In this document: positions 43,741-64,000 of the stretch, piece by piece
Numbering within the stretch: the first letter of the stretch is position 1
Layout of the letters: each line of letters begins with the position of its first letter
Origin: Podarcis vaucheri
Taxonomy: Eukaryota
Direction: 5' to 3' (one strand)
Assembly (NCBI GenBank): GCA_965113315.1
Contig: OZ220368.1
DNA: 64,000 nt
Notes under the pieces: generated by a model
What the model was told of the DNA's origin: nothing
The model's input: only the letters and a program-made list of their open reading frames with translations
Database searches by the model: none
Program-made: the position numbers and the translations under genes

Positions 43741-46700
43741 AATCTTTCACCCAACATGGAGCCTGAACCCTTGACCATGACCCTGAGATTATGAGTCTCA
43801 CGCTCTTTTAATTGAGCTGTCAGAATAAAATTTTGGTAGTGGGAGTGGGAGTAGTCACTCTTTCCAAAATATGTATGCACAAGAAAACACTCCTGTATTC
43901 ATTTTACAACAATCAGTTGATCATCACTACTTCCTTCTGCCTCCAAATTCACAATGACTGTGGGCAGTGTCCAATGCTCCTGTTCCACTGGTACAAAAGA
44001 CCTTGTGCTAATGGAATGGAACCTCCTCTCCCATTCAGCTCCACATACACTCTCAAAATCAGCTCTGGAGGATTGGGGAACCCTCTGGAGAAGATTTTGG
44101 GGGAACACCAGGGGTAGGAGAAGAAACAGAAGTGCCACTGTTGCCAGCAGGACTCTGTTGATGCTGCTTTGGATGCAACCCTAACGGATAGGAATCTTCA
44201 CTTCATCCAGGTCTAGATCACACAACCAAATTGTAACACTCTTTCTAAAGATCTATCATCTAACCTGAAGGTTGGGAGCGAGGTTGAATGCTTTCCCATG
44301 GGGAAAATGCATCCACAAAGTAATGTAAATGTCAGGGAAAGCATGGATTTCTCCCAAACACCCACATTTCTATGTGCAGGGAGTTTTTATATCAGCTGTG
44401 AGCTAGAGGTTGAAAAGAGTTGAACTAAAACGACAGTGTTCACCCTGGCACACAAACCACAGCTTTTCACAACTTCTGAAATACATGCTGGGACATTATA
44501 TGGGGGATAGAACAGAAGTCTTGAGTCCTAGATCTTTTGCACTAGGTCCTAGATCTCTTGCCCCCCTCTTTTTTTTCCCCAAAACCATTTTGCTTGCAGG
44601 CTAGCTTTCCCTTTGAAAGGGAGCCTAAATTTATACCTACACATGAAATTAACATATGCAAATATATATCATGGGCATGTGCGCTGAGTATTTTAAGGTC
44701 CTAGTAATGCCCCTGAGTATGTTTATTGTGAATGCAGCAGAGTGGAAAAAGGATTTATAAGGCACTCTCATTTAATTTTAACCTTGCATGTCCCAAACAC
44801 CCTACTTACTTGCTCCAGGACACAGTGAGGAAAGTGCAATGAGAGGAACAATATAAACAGCTGAGCTGAAGCAACAATTCCCATTCCAGAGATTCACACA
44901 TCTCACCTGCCACTACGGCACACCCAACAAAGCATACACTAAGGAGAGCTCAAGAGCAGAAGACAACATAGCCAGGGGAATTCTGATGGTTCAGGGAATG
45001 AATGAAGCCCCGTACAAATTTGCAGCTTCCTTGCCAATCCAACTGACACCAGCACCACTGCTGTATATGGGTCATGCTCCAAGCAGAAGCAGGCTGCAGA
45101 GCACATCACACTGGTCTCAGGGCCATGTAGCTTCCTAACGGTTTGCAATGGGCCGGGTGCACTTGCTCTACTCCAACCACATTGCAGAGCTGGAATCTCA
45201 AAAGTAGCCATTTCTCAGAACAGGACAGCATCCCAGTGCCTTGCTGAGTCTGCTGGATGAATAACCTCACCAGAGTTTGCTCTATTCGTGGTGAAGATAA
45301 CAAGGCCTTGCTTAAATGGAAGGGTGTGGGGAACCTCAGAGGTAGTTTTAAGGTAGCGCAGCCAGTTTGGCCGCACTAGGCACTGGCACCACAGGGGGGC
45401 ACCACAACAGTGATGTAGAATTCGGCATGAGAGGGGGGCACCAAAGTTTAGCATCACACAGGGTGCCACTGAAATTTGGGGATCCAAAGTCTGCCACTGG
45501 GAACCTGAAGATTAAGAAAACCAGTCCAGACACATCCTTGTTCACAATAAGATGGCTCCTCTTAAGGAACAAAATATCTCAAAACAGAATATGTGGATAC
45601 ACATTGGCATCCTAGAACCACTATGTTTTACCTGTCAACCAGATGTCTCTTGTCCTAAAGTAGCCTTTGTTAACATAGCACCCTCCAAAGTTTTGAACTA
45701 TAACTCCCAAACAGCCCTAGATGGCACATGCTAGCTGGGCCTGGTAAAGTTGTAGTCCATCATGTAATTCCTTCAAAATTATGGCTTTGCTGCACTCTGG
45801 CTAGTGGAGTGGGTGCCAAAGGAATATAATTATCTCCTCCCAGGAGCTTTGCTGGTCCCCGAGTTCATCCTCAGATACTTCCTTTGCCAACCTACATCCA
45901 CTGCATTCAAGAAAACCCCTGGTCTCCTCTCACACAAGAGGATGAGAAACAGAGGCAGAAGTCAGAAACTGCTTAAGTGGCAACTTGGCCCGTGTGTCAG
46001 AGACAGCTCATCTCTGGGGCAAGAAAGACTATTTGTGAAGCTAGTACACATTGCAGGAGCCCATTAGCCACCATCTTATTCCTAGGATATTATCTACAGC
46101 AGCCTCTTAAATGAGATGGCATCCCAGGTCTGCCTGTGTTTTCCCTCACAGGAGTCTCTCCATTCCTTTCCCCTCGATTAAGTATGTAGCTGGATATCCC
46201 ATTGTACAAACAGAGTACAGGCAAGCTGTGCAAAATACAAGTTAGCAAAGCTGGAGAGATGGGCTTTTGCAATGTTAACAATCCACTAATGGAGCCAGAC
46301 TGCAGCTGGGCTGCTCCTTGGCTGTGAATAATTTATCTGGAAATTCAGTCTTGTCTTCTGTCTGATGATCACCAGAGAGCAGACACCAATGTTTATACAA
46401 TTTGTGGGCATTAAAAAATATCCAGGTTTTAACTGGAGTCAGAAAACACAGTCTCGGGTCAATAATGTTCCTTGCTGACCTGACTTGGCATAAGCATCCC
46501 TAACAGTTACCTGTTTTGGAAAGTTACCTATCTACCTATCTGTGAAAACAGGAAAGTGAAACATTCGTAAATGGTGCCTGCAGGAAGGCACAGGCAGCAC
46601 AGAGCCCCCTGCTTCCCAGGCACACACATTTCTAGGCTATATATAGTGCTAGCCCCTAGTCCCATATGGCTCCCAAGGGGCCACAAAACCAATTGGCTGA

Positions 46701-47499
46701 AGAGAAGCCCATGGGGAAGCTCTGGGAAAGGTAAGTGGATGCCAGCCAAGGGTTGCTGTTGTGTGTGTGTTTATTCCTCTCTTCTTCTTTTTTGCAAAAC
46801 TGATCCAAAAGACAGCAACAAGGCCATTCTGTTCCACACAGAGCACACAGCCTGGTAAACATATACAAGCTCCATTATTTTCCGCCTGGGCTGCCTTGGC
46901 TGTGAGGCCCCTCGTTCCTAAAAGCAGCTGCCCCTTCCCTTTTCCTAAGAGAAAGGCTACATTGTTTCTCCACGGATCCCCCTGCCTGGAACAGGAAATC
47001 CCCCGTCTTGTCAGGAACCTCAAACGGGTAGAAGAACCTCAAAAGTGAGCCGGCCCAGAGGCGGAGGGGCTGAGAAGAAGCTTGTGCAGCAGGTGCCAGA
47101 GCGCCCCCCTCCCCAATTCCCAGGCGGCCCAGACACAGCCCCAGCCTTTCTCTGCTCGAAGAAGCGCCTTGGGGATTGTGCAGGAGCCATCTTGGGGGAG
47201 GGGGAGCGAGGCTGGCTGGGGGAGGGGCTCAAGTGCCAGCATCCTAGAGATACGCGCAGACAGCCAGCCAGAGGCACACCTTTACTCTCGCCCACGCACC
47301 TGCTTGTAAACAGACATCCGTGCACAACTGTTATCTAGAGACACGCATCTACGCTGCACACCACCGAGAACTGGTACACGCGAGAGCATCCATCCGCGCC
47401 TCTCGACACACCTATGTCCAAGCCCATCGGTCCACACAATGCCCAGTTTGCCCAGGAGTGGGTGATCAGACGAAACATGGCTGAGGTGCCGGAGGAAGC

Positions 47500-48260
47500 G
47501 CCCCGCCTGGGGATGCGCCCCTGAACCCCGGAGGTGGGTGCAGGTGATGGAGGCGCCGAGAGGAGCCGTGTGAGGAAGACCTGCTGGGAACACACCCAGC
47601 CCCTTCTCCACAACAAAAGGAGGCTGGCGGCCGCAAAGGCAGGGTCTCTCTCTTCGCCCACCCGCCCGCCCGCCCGCCATGGGTGCAGCCCCTCTGGGCG
47701 CCCCGCGCCCGAGCAGCGGACTCCCTCCCCGGCTCGGCCCCGCTCGCTCCAGCTCACCGCCTGCTCGTTCCCGGCCGCGCCGTGCGCTCGTGGTGCCGCT
47801 GTCTCTCGGCGCCCGGGCCGGGCGGCTCAGGGGACGGCGCGGCGGCTCCCCCGGCCCCAGCCCAGCCCGGCCCGGCCTCAGAGCGGGCGGCTGCCCGGCC
47901 AGCTGCAACAGCGGCTCCTGCGCCCCATCCCGGGCAGCACAGCGGAGCCCAGTCAGGACGATGAGCGGCGCCCACACCGGGGAGCGGATCAGGCCTGCTT
48001 GGGCGCGCCGGCAGCTCCGCCTCCTGCGCGCTCAGCGCCGCCCCTGCCAGCTCCGGCCAGCCATTCCCATCCAGCCCGCTCCCCGGGCCGCTGTCTCCGC
48101 CGCCGCCGCCCTCGTCAGCCCCGTTTAGTGCAACAGGACGGGGGGCTGCTCTCCAAGAAGTCACGTGTCAGATTAGGGAACGCGGAGAGAGCGTCTTCGG
48201 GATTGGTGGAGATCACAGGTTCCTCGCCGGCTCTCAGTCCCGATCAGAGGAGAAGATCCT
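47500..48260 (-). promoter_or_regulatory. CpG island promoter and non-coding first exon of B4GALT2
   Basis: Very GC/CpG-rich; minus-strand donor GCG|gtgagc at 47758/47757 could splice to the acceptor at 40222; E-box GTCACGTG at 48160-48167. Confidence 0.75.
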
Positions 48261-51200
48261 AGGGGGTGGGGTGGGGAGTACCCATTCATCACACACGCAC
48301 TCCAGCCAAGGCATGAATCTCATCACCCAGTGGTGATGATGCTCACCTGAGGGGTGAACCGGCGATGTATTGACCTCCTCTGCCGATCTGTGATGTATTT
48401 CGTACTTGTTTTGTGAATCTTATGTTATTGTTGATTTTATGCTGTTCGTCGCCATGATATTTTCCCATAATGTCAACTGTACACACCATATTGCAAATAA
48501 AATAAATAGAATCGCATATATTAAACGTTGTGGGCTCAGTTCCATGGGACACACACGTTTTCAGTCGTGGGCTCTGGAGCATGTGAAGATGCAACAAGGG
48601 AACGGGTTTGACTGCATACAGAATGCATCTCCCTCCCTTCTAAATAGCCCACTCCTTTTTCTCACTTTTGAACTTAGCAGCAGGGCTCCCAGGTATGCAG
48701 GGTCCAGGCACGCAGAAATCTAGGCCCCACTCTTACAAAGGGACAGGAGGAGTTGGGTTGCCACATCAAAAAAAGGAGCATTTAGTTGGTATTCCAAAAT
48801 TAATGTTTTCTGTGGTTGTGAGTTTTTGACATGCGAGATAGGGTGGTGGCCCATCTGTCCCTTCCACAGAGCTTGCCACCCTGACCCATTTTCTGTGGCA
48901 CTGTGGTTCATCCTAGGCCACTTACTAGTCCTGCCCGCTATGTTTTAAGCTAGAATATGGTGTTACTTAGGGTAACCAAAACCATCAGGGAGCCTGAGCC
49001 CAACTGGTGAAATGCAACAAAGAAGGAAGTTTGGGTCTCCTTCCAATCTGCAGCTCTCTAGAATTAAAAAATAATAATCTCGCTTTTAAGATTCCTTTCA
49101 AGTCTAGGGTACTGCAAAAGCAAAGGCGAAGGTCCTTCCATTTCCTGATGCCTCTCCACTCTTCTCTGAATTTGGCATATAAATGGTCAGGTGGCAAGTT
49201 TATAAGCACATCTGCTGAGGCCCCAGGACAGTGTTAGCTGAATGTTTCCACTAAATGTGGCTTCACAGGACCCGCCTCTCAGCAGGGTTATATAGCCAGA
49301 AATGTAAAATGTGGCTGTCACCATGTTGGTGCTTGGTTAGGCAACTTGGAAATGAAGTGGAGATGCAAGGGAAATTCAGGCTGCTGAAGGTATGATAGGG
49401 TGATGCCAATGCTGCCCACAGAAGCGGCACACAGAAGTCACACTTCTAGGCATGCTGGAGTAGAACAGAACCCAGCAAGTGGCAGTTGCCTCTCCCCGAA
49501 GCAAGCTCTGTATTAATGAGAACTTTGGGCTATCACTTGGATAAGGCGGTGCATAATCAGACCCATGGAATTTGGTAGGGTATAGATGTGCCTAACACCA
49601 GAGATTTGGGCTCTTCATTTCCAGCACTACATCAGTAATCAAAATATGCAAAATAAATAAAAATAAAGCATACATAAAATGTAACTCATCGGCTATAGCA
49701 AGGTATTAACTTGCTTAGGGTTTCCCAAAATGTCCATATGTTTAGGAGACTGTTATCCAACCTGTGTCTGCTAGTGCACTGTCACCTTCCTACCTGGCAT
49801 GGACCATTCAAATGTGCTCTGTCTTGGTCTGTCTGTCTGCCGCCGCCCCCCACCCCACCAGGTCAGTTCAATTTGTGACTCCTTCCTCCCAAAGTTTCTC
49901 TTTCCAGCGGTACTATAGAATGCTTTTGGGATACATTTCCAGGTAACTGTGAAATGAACCGAGCCTTCTTCATTCTAGGAGAGAAGGAGCTCATTAAATG
50001 AGAATATGGTTTGGCAGACATGCTACATGTTAACAGTGGTGAGAGGCCCAGGAAATTTGAACGATGAACTTGTCATAGTTACATATATTTAATGCAAATG
50101 CATCTTTCTTTTTATTTCATCTCTGTATCCTTTTCTTTAATAAATAGGATTGAACTTTAACTTGGGTAAACTATGGCAGGGCTGATGGAACATCACCCTC
50201 TCTGAACATTTTTGTTCAGACAAGCAAATAAATGCCACTTGTTTGTATGTTACACTTCAGAATGGCTGTTCTTGCAACTACACAGGTAGGCCTTGGGAAG
50301 AACTCACAATAGACAGCACTGTCTATCTTAGCAGTGGCAGTCCAAGGTTCTTCTTTTTCTCCACTTGGTATTTTTCAGTTGGAAATGCTAATTATTGAAC
50401 CTGGGGCATTCTGCATGCAAAACACGTTTTCCTCCAGGGAACTATAACCTCTGCCAATAGGACTATGCTGCTGTTGCCAAGACAGTGCCATTAACACTAG
50501 CCTCCAAAATCTCCACACCCTAATACCCTCAAGAATCATCGGGAAGTATTGTCTGTTCCTCACTAGAATTTGGAGAACCCTGTAAGTTCTGAACAAAGAG
50601 CTTCTTTTGTTTTTCCTCCCTCTCAGCCACCCAGCTCCACCCAGCCTTCCCCTCCAACTATCATGTAACGTAACCTAATGAGTTCAGTGCTTCCAGGCAC
50701 TCTGCAAGCCATGCCAACATTCTTGCCCAAGCACATCTGAGCTCCTTCAGTCCCAGTGCAATATTGCGGGGCTCATGTGTTTATTATTCTCTCTCTGTGT
50801 GAGAGCTGTCAAGCTCCCCAGCTCTTTGCATGCCAGCCTAGTGCCTCGATCTGGCAATCTTTACCTTCCTACCACACCCAGCAACTTGCATGCTCATTAA
50901 GTGGGAGGCAGGATACAAATATCCTGGAAGACTCTCCCCACAACACCCACCCATGATGCTACAAGGATCCCTGCCAGCTCATTAGTCTGATGAGCCAGCT
51001 TGGCTCCTTATGCCGGGCACTCTACAAACATCCAAAGTGAGTGGATTTTCTGCATCTTACAGCAGATTTGCAGGGATGTGGCAGAATCACCCAGGGAGCC
51101 AACACTAAGCCAGCAAAAGCACTGCGATTGTACTTAAGCCTCCTAGAGAGGAAAAATGGAGGACTTCACTTTCACTCCTTGTGTAGGCTCAGGCCCAGTC

Positions 51201-53925
51201 TGCACCGCCTCAGAGGTCATCCACATGAGACACAGGACCTCATTGCACTAAGGAAAGAAACACCCTCAGAAAAATGGTGTGGCAAGATTCCTGAGGACAA
51301 CAGCTCCTAACATAGTGCTAGGAGGCAACACCATTTCAGTGTAGGAAAAAACACAGCAGGTGGCAGGTGGGGACTACAGAAAGGGCCTTCACCATTTTAG
51401 CACATCACTGGAATGCTTTCCCAAGAAAGCACACCTAGTGCCAACTACAATGCCTTTTTGATGTGACGCACATAGCCTTTTAATTTCCTAGACTTTTATT
51501 TTCCTAGCCTTTTAAATATCAGTTGAGTGTTTTGTAGTTTGCTGCTGTTTTTATTTTCAAGCATTTGATTGTGCTGCCACTTCCATAGCTCACTAGTCGG
51601 AATCTGTTCTTCTTTTAAGCTGCTTTTATTACCATCAGCCTGGCACATAGCAGACAGGGCAGGGCACACATTTATTAAATAGAGAGAATTATCTGCAGCA
51701 CAGAAACACGCAAGGCCAGTGTAAGGTTCCTAAAAAGCAATGGGCTTGCCAGGGTTATGCCTCTGCAAGATAAGCCACCTCAAGGCAGTAACCACAACAT
51801 GTTTTGAGGGGGGAAATGTGGAGCTACAGTGTAGCAGGCCCTACTCATGCCACAGAACAGCAACCTGTCCTGATCTGAAGGAACCCTCACAACTTCTCCA
51901 GCATATTTCCAATGAGAATAAAGCCAAACTACCCCATTTCTTGGAACAGTGACACTTACTATGATTTCACATATGACAATCAGAATGTAGGTGTTTTGTT
52001 TGGATCAAGATTCATCTTGTGACACTGACTGCTCACCCAATGACTGTATTTAAATACACAGAAGTGGGGTATGTAAAATCAAGGACCTGAGGTTACGTGT
52101 ACAGGTCAAATTTTGAGTTATTATCTATGTAAAGAAAAGCCCCCCCCCCCTGAGCTGCAATCACAATGAGAAGAACATTAAGAGTATGAACTGCAGGCAA
52201 ACGAAGCCATCACAAGTAACAGATGCAGACCTTGAAGAGACTTGTTATACATATCTCAGTGCTTAAGAAATGTTGTGTAGGGACCACCGGGCTGCATTCA
52301 AAAGCAGGTAAGTCTTGTAGCGCAGCTTAAAGGTTAAGAAAATAAATCCCTCATCCCCACCTATAGCAACTCCAGTTTGTGTTAAGGCTATTCTGGACAT
52401 ATTGTTATAGTCCTATATGTTTTAAATAGGAAAGATTTTGTAAATACATCACCAGGAAAGAATATATGTGGCACTAGACAAAACAATGTTGTCTTTTGAA
52501 ATCCGTTTTGCCCCACAGCAAGATGTTAGGCTTGTCAGTTATCAAGCTGAACTGAAATTTGAGGCTCTATGTCCTCTAAATTTACACAAGCCATCACATC
52601 TAGCTATCAAAACATGTACAGATCTGAACTGAAGGAAACGTCCTTGACAGAGCCATTTACTGGAGGGCTTCTTCCACCACCTGACCTACATCATTTTTTA
52701 AACACTAAATGAATCCATTTCAGTCAGCCTATGAGAGAGCATCGGGGTATCATCAACATAAAGATGATGTTCTCTATCCTTTGATGACTTTTATAACCAC
52801 ATGCTGATAAAGCTACAGTTTGACAATCAAATTATGGAGAGCAAGGGAACATGCAACCCCATCTGGTAGCCCTGCACTAGCTTATATGGGTCAGATCTTG
52901 CCCCACTAGCAATGTTCTTAAAAGCTTTATTTAGATGAACACCAGTTATGTCATTGAGAAGTGCCGAGAGTGTCCCAAAGGAACATCTTTGCCTTCAGAA
53001 CAAACAGCAGAATGGCTCACACATGTAAATTCAAGTGTTTTTACTCAGAGTAGTGGGAAACGTGGAAAAGAGGCTAAATATACAGTTGTCAAAAGTGTTT
53101 CAGGAAATCTCCCGGGGTGGGGCTCTGTCCCAGCAAGGAACCCAAAAGGTGACACTAAACACCCTGCCACAAATTTTTTTAAGTTCCTGTAGAAAAATAA
53201 TCACAGCTCTGTTGCTCTCCAAAAGCACTGAGCCAATCAGAACAGTGAAGACTTGCTGTAAATAATGAAATAACAAACAAAAACGGAATCAGTTTTCTTT
53301 TTTATATATTCCTTAAAATAAGAATATATCACAATACCCCCCCCCCATTAGACTATCTAAACTTTGCAGGGAAAATAACAAATTTTGTTGCCTGGAATCC
53401 AGCTCTTTCCTCCCACCCTTACAGTTACCAGGTAAGGCTGGCATGGGATTGGATTACAGAAGGCAAATCCTGCTCAGGGCTTAAGCTATAAGATCTTTAG
53501 ATTCATCCTACCATAAGAAGTGTTTCCCCTTCTGCAATGTGACTCTCTGGCTTCTAATTTTCAGCTAAGTTTTGCTTTAACTGAAAGCTACCTTTGGCAA
53601 CTCCCAAGATAGGATACAAATACAGTTTTGTAAATTAATATGCTTCATGGTCCTAGGACTGCAAAACTACCCACCCCTGGGAAGAGGTAGCAGGAATACT
53701 CTTTATCCTGGGAGAGGGAACCTCCAATCCATGGGGGTCCAGTGTAGAAACTCAGATATATAAGCTAATTGCTAAATGGTAATTTAAACCTAGGTTGTAG
53801 CTGCCACAATGGAATGTCCAGGTCTCATTTTCTTTCTCAGGGATGATGTTGATGATGATTAATTTCATTTCTATACCGCATTATAAAGGAAAAAAACCCT
53901 TAAAGTTTACAACACTTTAAAACTT

Positions 53926-54005
53926 CAGGGTTCAAATCCCCACTCAAGTCATGAAGCTCACTGGGTGACTTGGGCCAGTTACAGCCTTTGCAGCTACCTC
54001 ACAGG
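53926..54005 (+). mobile_element. Squam3/MIR-like SINE fragment
   Basis: agggttcaaatccccactc..gctcactgggtgacttgggccagttac..ctacctcacagg. Confidence 0.55.
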
Positions 54006-54654
54006 CTCTATCAAACCTCTGAGTGATTTGCAATCAATCAGCAGGGCTTTTCAACTATCAGTTGTCTAAAGGAAATAACAAAATGACCTTTCCCATCTAA
54101 ATTTGGCTGCTGAAATGATGAAAGTTACGCAGGAGAAGACTTGGGCAAAAGGACTATAAGCTCCATTCTAGTACTGAAAACCAATTCCTAGGATTCAAAG
54201 TGGGCTCAGAGGAACCCCTTCTAAAAAAAAAAAAAAATCTATATTTTGCCCCTGGTTAGTAGATTTTGGATTCCAGTTAAAGAAACAAAGACAATCAGAT
54301 AAGCCTGAAGTTTGCCCACCCCTGCATTGAGCAGTTTGATGAACAGCAGGCACACCACAGAGAAACAGCAACTATTAATCACAGTACAAGACATTTCCCA
54401 TAATTAATTTTAATTAACCAATCATTTGTGAAGTTTCAGGGAACTCAAAAAATCACAACTTTTAGCTCCTATGCACCCCTTCAGTATGGAACAGATGTGC
54501 CTAGGAGGGCACCTCCCATAGCCTGCAGAGCCAAATCTTCAGCCAGTACCACTGGCTGTTCCAGAAAATGTGGACTGTGAGAGGCAGCAGGAGCCGGGGT
54601 AGCAGGAGGGGCACAGCAGCACAAGGAAGGGAAACCACTTGGGACACGGATGAG

Positions 54655-54660
54655 TTTATT
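54655..54660 (-). terminator. Poly(A) signal of ATP6V0B
   Basis: AATAAA on minus, about 310 nt after the stop codon. Confidence 0.65.
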
Positions 54661-54966
54661 TCACAGAACATGGCATTGCTGTTGGCAGTGGTTGCCACAA
54701 AGAGTGCAAGGGCTGGAAGACTCTAGGCTCCTTCTCCTAGGTCCATCCAGCCCCTTCTTTCAGGGGAAGTGGAGCAGGAAAGGATGGAAGGAAAGGAGGA
54801 CAGATTCTTTCTCACACACACATCAATTGGTCAGGTTCTTTCACGGCCTCGCAAGGAAAGATCACGGGAATAAATTTATACACCAAGCTCCATCCCAAGC
54901 CAACAGAAGACATTAAATAAATATGTACAGAGTCTGCAGGTGGCAGACAGGCTGGTGGCAAAGGGC

Positions 54967-60583
<5,617 letters not shown>

Positions 60584-62489
60584 CTGAAAAACAAGAGAAA
60601 CACAGAATGATTCCACTTTTTGCCTTGGTCTCCTCAAAGCCCAATCTGTGATGCTCACACCTTGCCACCGGTGCTGAACCCCCCCCCCCCCACAGGGAGA
60701 GCAGAAAGGGTTTATATAGTCTTCATACAGCTTACACCACAAATTGCCCCTTTCCAAATCACCTCTTTCATGGGGAAACTATCACTTATTCCTTTCTGTT
60801 GTGCTCTGTTTAACAAGACCCAAAAGGTCACTACATACTAGAATTAAGAGACAGAAAAGGACTCCTATCCTACAGGCTTCCTACCAGCACACTTTTTAAA
60901 ATCCTTTCAGCACTAACAGGAAGTCTTGCCCCTCTCTGTTCCAGGGTAGCCAATGTGAGCATCCTCTAGATGCTGTGCAACTCCAGTTCTCATCATCTCC
61001 AGTCAGTAGTGCAAAAATAACATTTGGGGTACCATACTGGCTACCTCACTCTTTATCTTCTGAGTGCTGCAGCACTGACCCACATAGGAATACAACACCT
61101 TGGTCCTCAAACAATCACTTTCGACTTCTGCCAGGCCCATGCAGAAGCCAGGCTCAGCCAAAGGAAAGATAACAGCCACCAATGTATGGGCAGGACGTTC
61201 TGTGTAGCTATGATGGAAGCTTCCTAATGGCACAATTGGCAGTTATAGAAAAACTCAAGAGATGTAACCATTCCACCTATCATTAATGTATCTTTGTCTA
61301 TGTCTATCCTCAAAATCTAAACAACAGCTCCTGACACAACACATTGGCTTGGGTAACAAGTGATTTAGATCTTTATCAATATTTAGAAAGTTTCAGTTTA
61401 CTGGAAAAATGTAACGAAGATCTCCTATGATCGCCTATAAAGAAGTCACAGGTATCTTGGAGGCAAAGAATATGGCCTTTTATCCCTATATTCATAATTT
61501 GACTCTACAAAAAGAAAATGCAATGTTCAGAGAGATAATGGCTATGAACTCTGGTTAAAAAAACCACCAACCACCCTTGTTTCATCTTCCATTAGTGCAT
61601 ATGGTCAAATTCTTTTATGACAAATTGAACAAGAAACTTACAAAAATTCTGTGGAAGTGCAGACATTTTTATTTACGGAAAGGTCAATGTTTTCATTGTG
61701 CTTGAATTTAAGGGGAAACTGCTATAACATGGCAATTCAGTGGCATCTCATGCCACAGAAATGTGTAAACCAGATACTGGGTACCTTTTTAGCATCAGGG
61801 GAAAAAACATTTTCTCTGCAGGTAGTGGAATTGTATAAGAACTAGAGAATTTGGGAAATGCTAGTGGGACTGATAAAATGAAATGTAGCTGCCATTTGAT
61901 CCTCCCTCTTTTGAATTATGTAACAGAAGAATATGCGAAAGATTGCATGAGCTGATTTCAAATTTATTGGTTGCTGCAAAGTTGATTTATGCCAAACAAT
62001 GGGAAGGACAATCTATATTATCAGGGAAGGATCGGTGACAGTCTGGGAATCATCTTATTTAGCCAAAATGTCGGCTTTCAGGAGAAATGATGTACTGCAA
62101 TTCCTAAAATAAATATGGAGCAGGGTGATTTAATATAATGCTTAATAAAGCTATGTCTATAGATTTGCTGATTTTACTGTGTGCAGTAATGGAAACACTT
62201 TTCTGCCCCGCCCCATTTTTTCTGTACGTATAAATGAAAATCTTTCTTAGTTTAATATTCATTGAAATATTATGTTTATGTATAAAAAATAAAATACCCA
62301 TGTTCACACAGCTAACTGGAAGGGCACGGCCCCTTTGTGGTAGCCCTAATGGGCATTGCTATGAAAAATGTTATCTAACTGCTGCAGTCTGAAGCACATC
62401 CATCTGTGACACTACTCGTGACCAACCCAAATAAGCAAAGTTATTCATGAAGTCTTTTTATAATCAGTCATTCTTTTCTGTGATGTTCC

Positions 62490-62800
62490 CAACCGCCTCA
62501 CCTGTGGAATGCTCTTTTTAGGGAGATGCGCCTGCCACCATCTTTGTCAATTTTTAGGTGCAGCAAGCCAAGACCTTTGGTTAATTAATGTTGCCTCCTA
62601 TGGTGGCGCCCATCTTTTAGTGGGGTGGGTAGGACTTGGTCCTTATTAATTTGTTGATGAATGTGCATTTTATATACTATATATTCTCGCTGTTTTAAAC
62701 TTTTCTGGCTTTAAATGGTGTTGTAATTTAATTTGTCAAGTTGCTTTGAGACTTTTTATTGCATAAAGTGACTGATAAATGTTATTATTGTTATTAACAA
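62490..62800 (+). mobile_element. L2-like LINE 3' fragment
   Basis: cacctgtggaatgctct..gagatgcgcctgcc..ccaagacc, then an AT-rich UTR ending tgataaatg(TTA)n. Confidence 0.45.
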
Positions 62801-64000
62801 TACCAAAAGGATCCTCAGCAGCTTTCATTCTTAGATAAGCAAGAATGCTGTACCTTCACATCCACAGCAATCTTGGCTCTAGGGGCCTTTTTTCATCCAT
62901 AAACCATTTTCTCCTTTTAAAGGGCTGGATGAAGAACATGCATGGGGAAGAAAACCAGCTGTGAAAAAGTTAGCAGTATCACATACTGCAGACAGGAAGG
63001 GAAAATCACCCCACAACCTCAGACTGGGAAGCAGAGTGGAAGAAGATGAGTCAATGACATGATGATGGGAACTGTATTTCGGGATATATGAATAGAATAT
63101 GATGGGACAGTCACAGGATGCAAATGTTCCACTTGCAAGGTCCAGGCAGAACTATCCTCCTGTGAGCCTGACAATGTGAAAAAAGACACAGACAGACACA
63201 GAGGTGGGAAGGAGCTGAGAAAGAAAGAGCAAGGCTGCAGAAGCAGAGCATCATGGGGCAGGATAGAGAACAAATGAGCCACAGAACTGGGGAAGAAAGG
63301 ATAGATTGGCTCCCATGGAGAATAACTAAAGAGAGAATGCAAGTAGGGTGACCCTTTGATCTATTTTTTAAAAATAGCGTTGACATTAGGAAGTGTTAGA
63401 CAACAAGGCAGTTCAACAGAGGGTGTGAAGTCCCTATCAGTAGACATTGTAGATATAATACACCACACCAAAAACAAGTCTGGTAGAATTAACCATGTAT
63501 GGGGAAGCAGAAGAAAGTGGGTCAGGAAACTGGAAACTCTATTCAATGGCTCAGAGCTCATCAGGGTCATATTCACATCCCCGTGAGCAGAAGCCTATCT
63601 GCTCATAGGTGTGCAGCCTGCTCCAAGCGACAGCTTTAAGCCCCAGGCACTGCCAACTCCAGACCCTTCACTCAGCAGCAGCAGACTCTGATCTCAGGAG
63701 CCGACAGCCTGCTGCCTTTCCCTGCACACGCAGGCTTTGAAAGCAACACTGGTGAGAGAGAGAGAGATAATGGGCATATACACCCAGGGAGAGCTACACT
63801 CTTCCTGACATTTAGGTAAGAACTAGGAGCAGAATCTATTAAAATTTGTATGCTGTGCAGGTTAATAGTCTATGCACAAGGGGAGAACGGGGCCCCATGA
63901 AGGCAAAGTGTTCTTTTGGAGCAACCCAGGTGAAGGTTGGAGAAGAGGGGAGTGTGGCATAGCATCCTTCCTTGCCAAGCGATGACACCAACACTGAGAG

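Noticed and set aside
47282-48262. 231-aa and 242-aa ORFs
   Set aside because: CpG-island artefacts around the B4GALT2 non-coding exon 1.
60584-64000. ATP6V0B exon 1
   Set aside because: No MTGL-like exon or CpG island seen; it presumably lies beyond the window.

Overview
Vertebrate genomic DNA, most likely a lacertid lizard (inferred from near-intact Sauria/Squam1-type and Squam3-type SINEs). It covers the conserved block SLC6A9 (+, GlyT1, 12 coding exons here, first coding exon upstream of the window), CCDC24 (-, 8 coding exons), B4GALT2 (-, 6 coding exons) and ATP6V0B (-, exons 2-8, exon 1 beyond the window end). I reconstructed all exons by hand from splice sites, and phases are consistent. 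Main finding: between CCDC24 and B4GALT2, which I recall as immediate neighbours in human, lies an intact three-exon + strand gene. It encodes a secreted ~211-221 aa cysteine-rich protein with two full VWC domains and a partial third. It belongs to the Brorin (VWC2/VWC2L) family but looks like a distinct paralogue, and it shares a bidirectional CpG-island promoter containing an RFX X-box with CCDC24. Other points: a GC-AG intron in SLC6A9, overlapping opposite-strand poly(A) signals for SLC6A9/CCDC24, an L1-like relic lacking its RT core, and many hAT and Tc1/mariner non-autonomous elements and SINEs with visible TSDs. No prokaryotic-type features were found.
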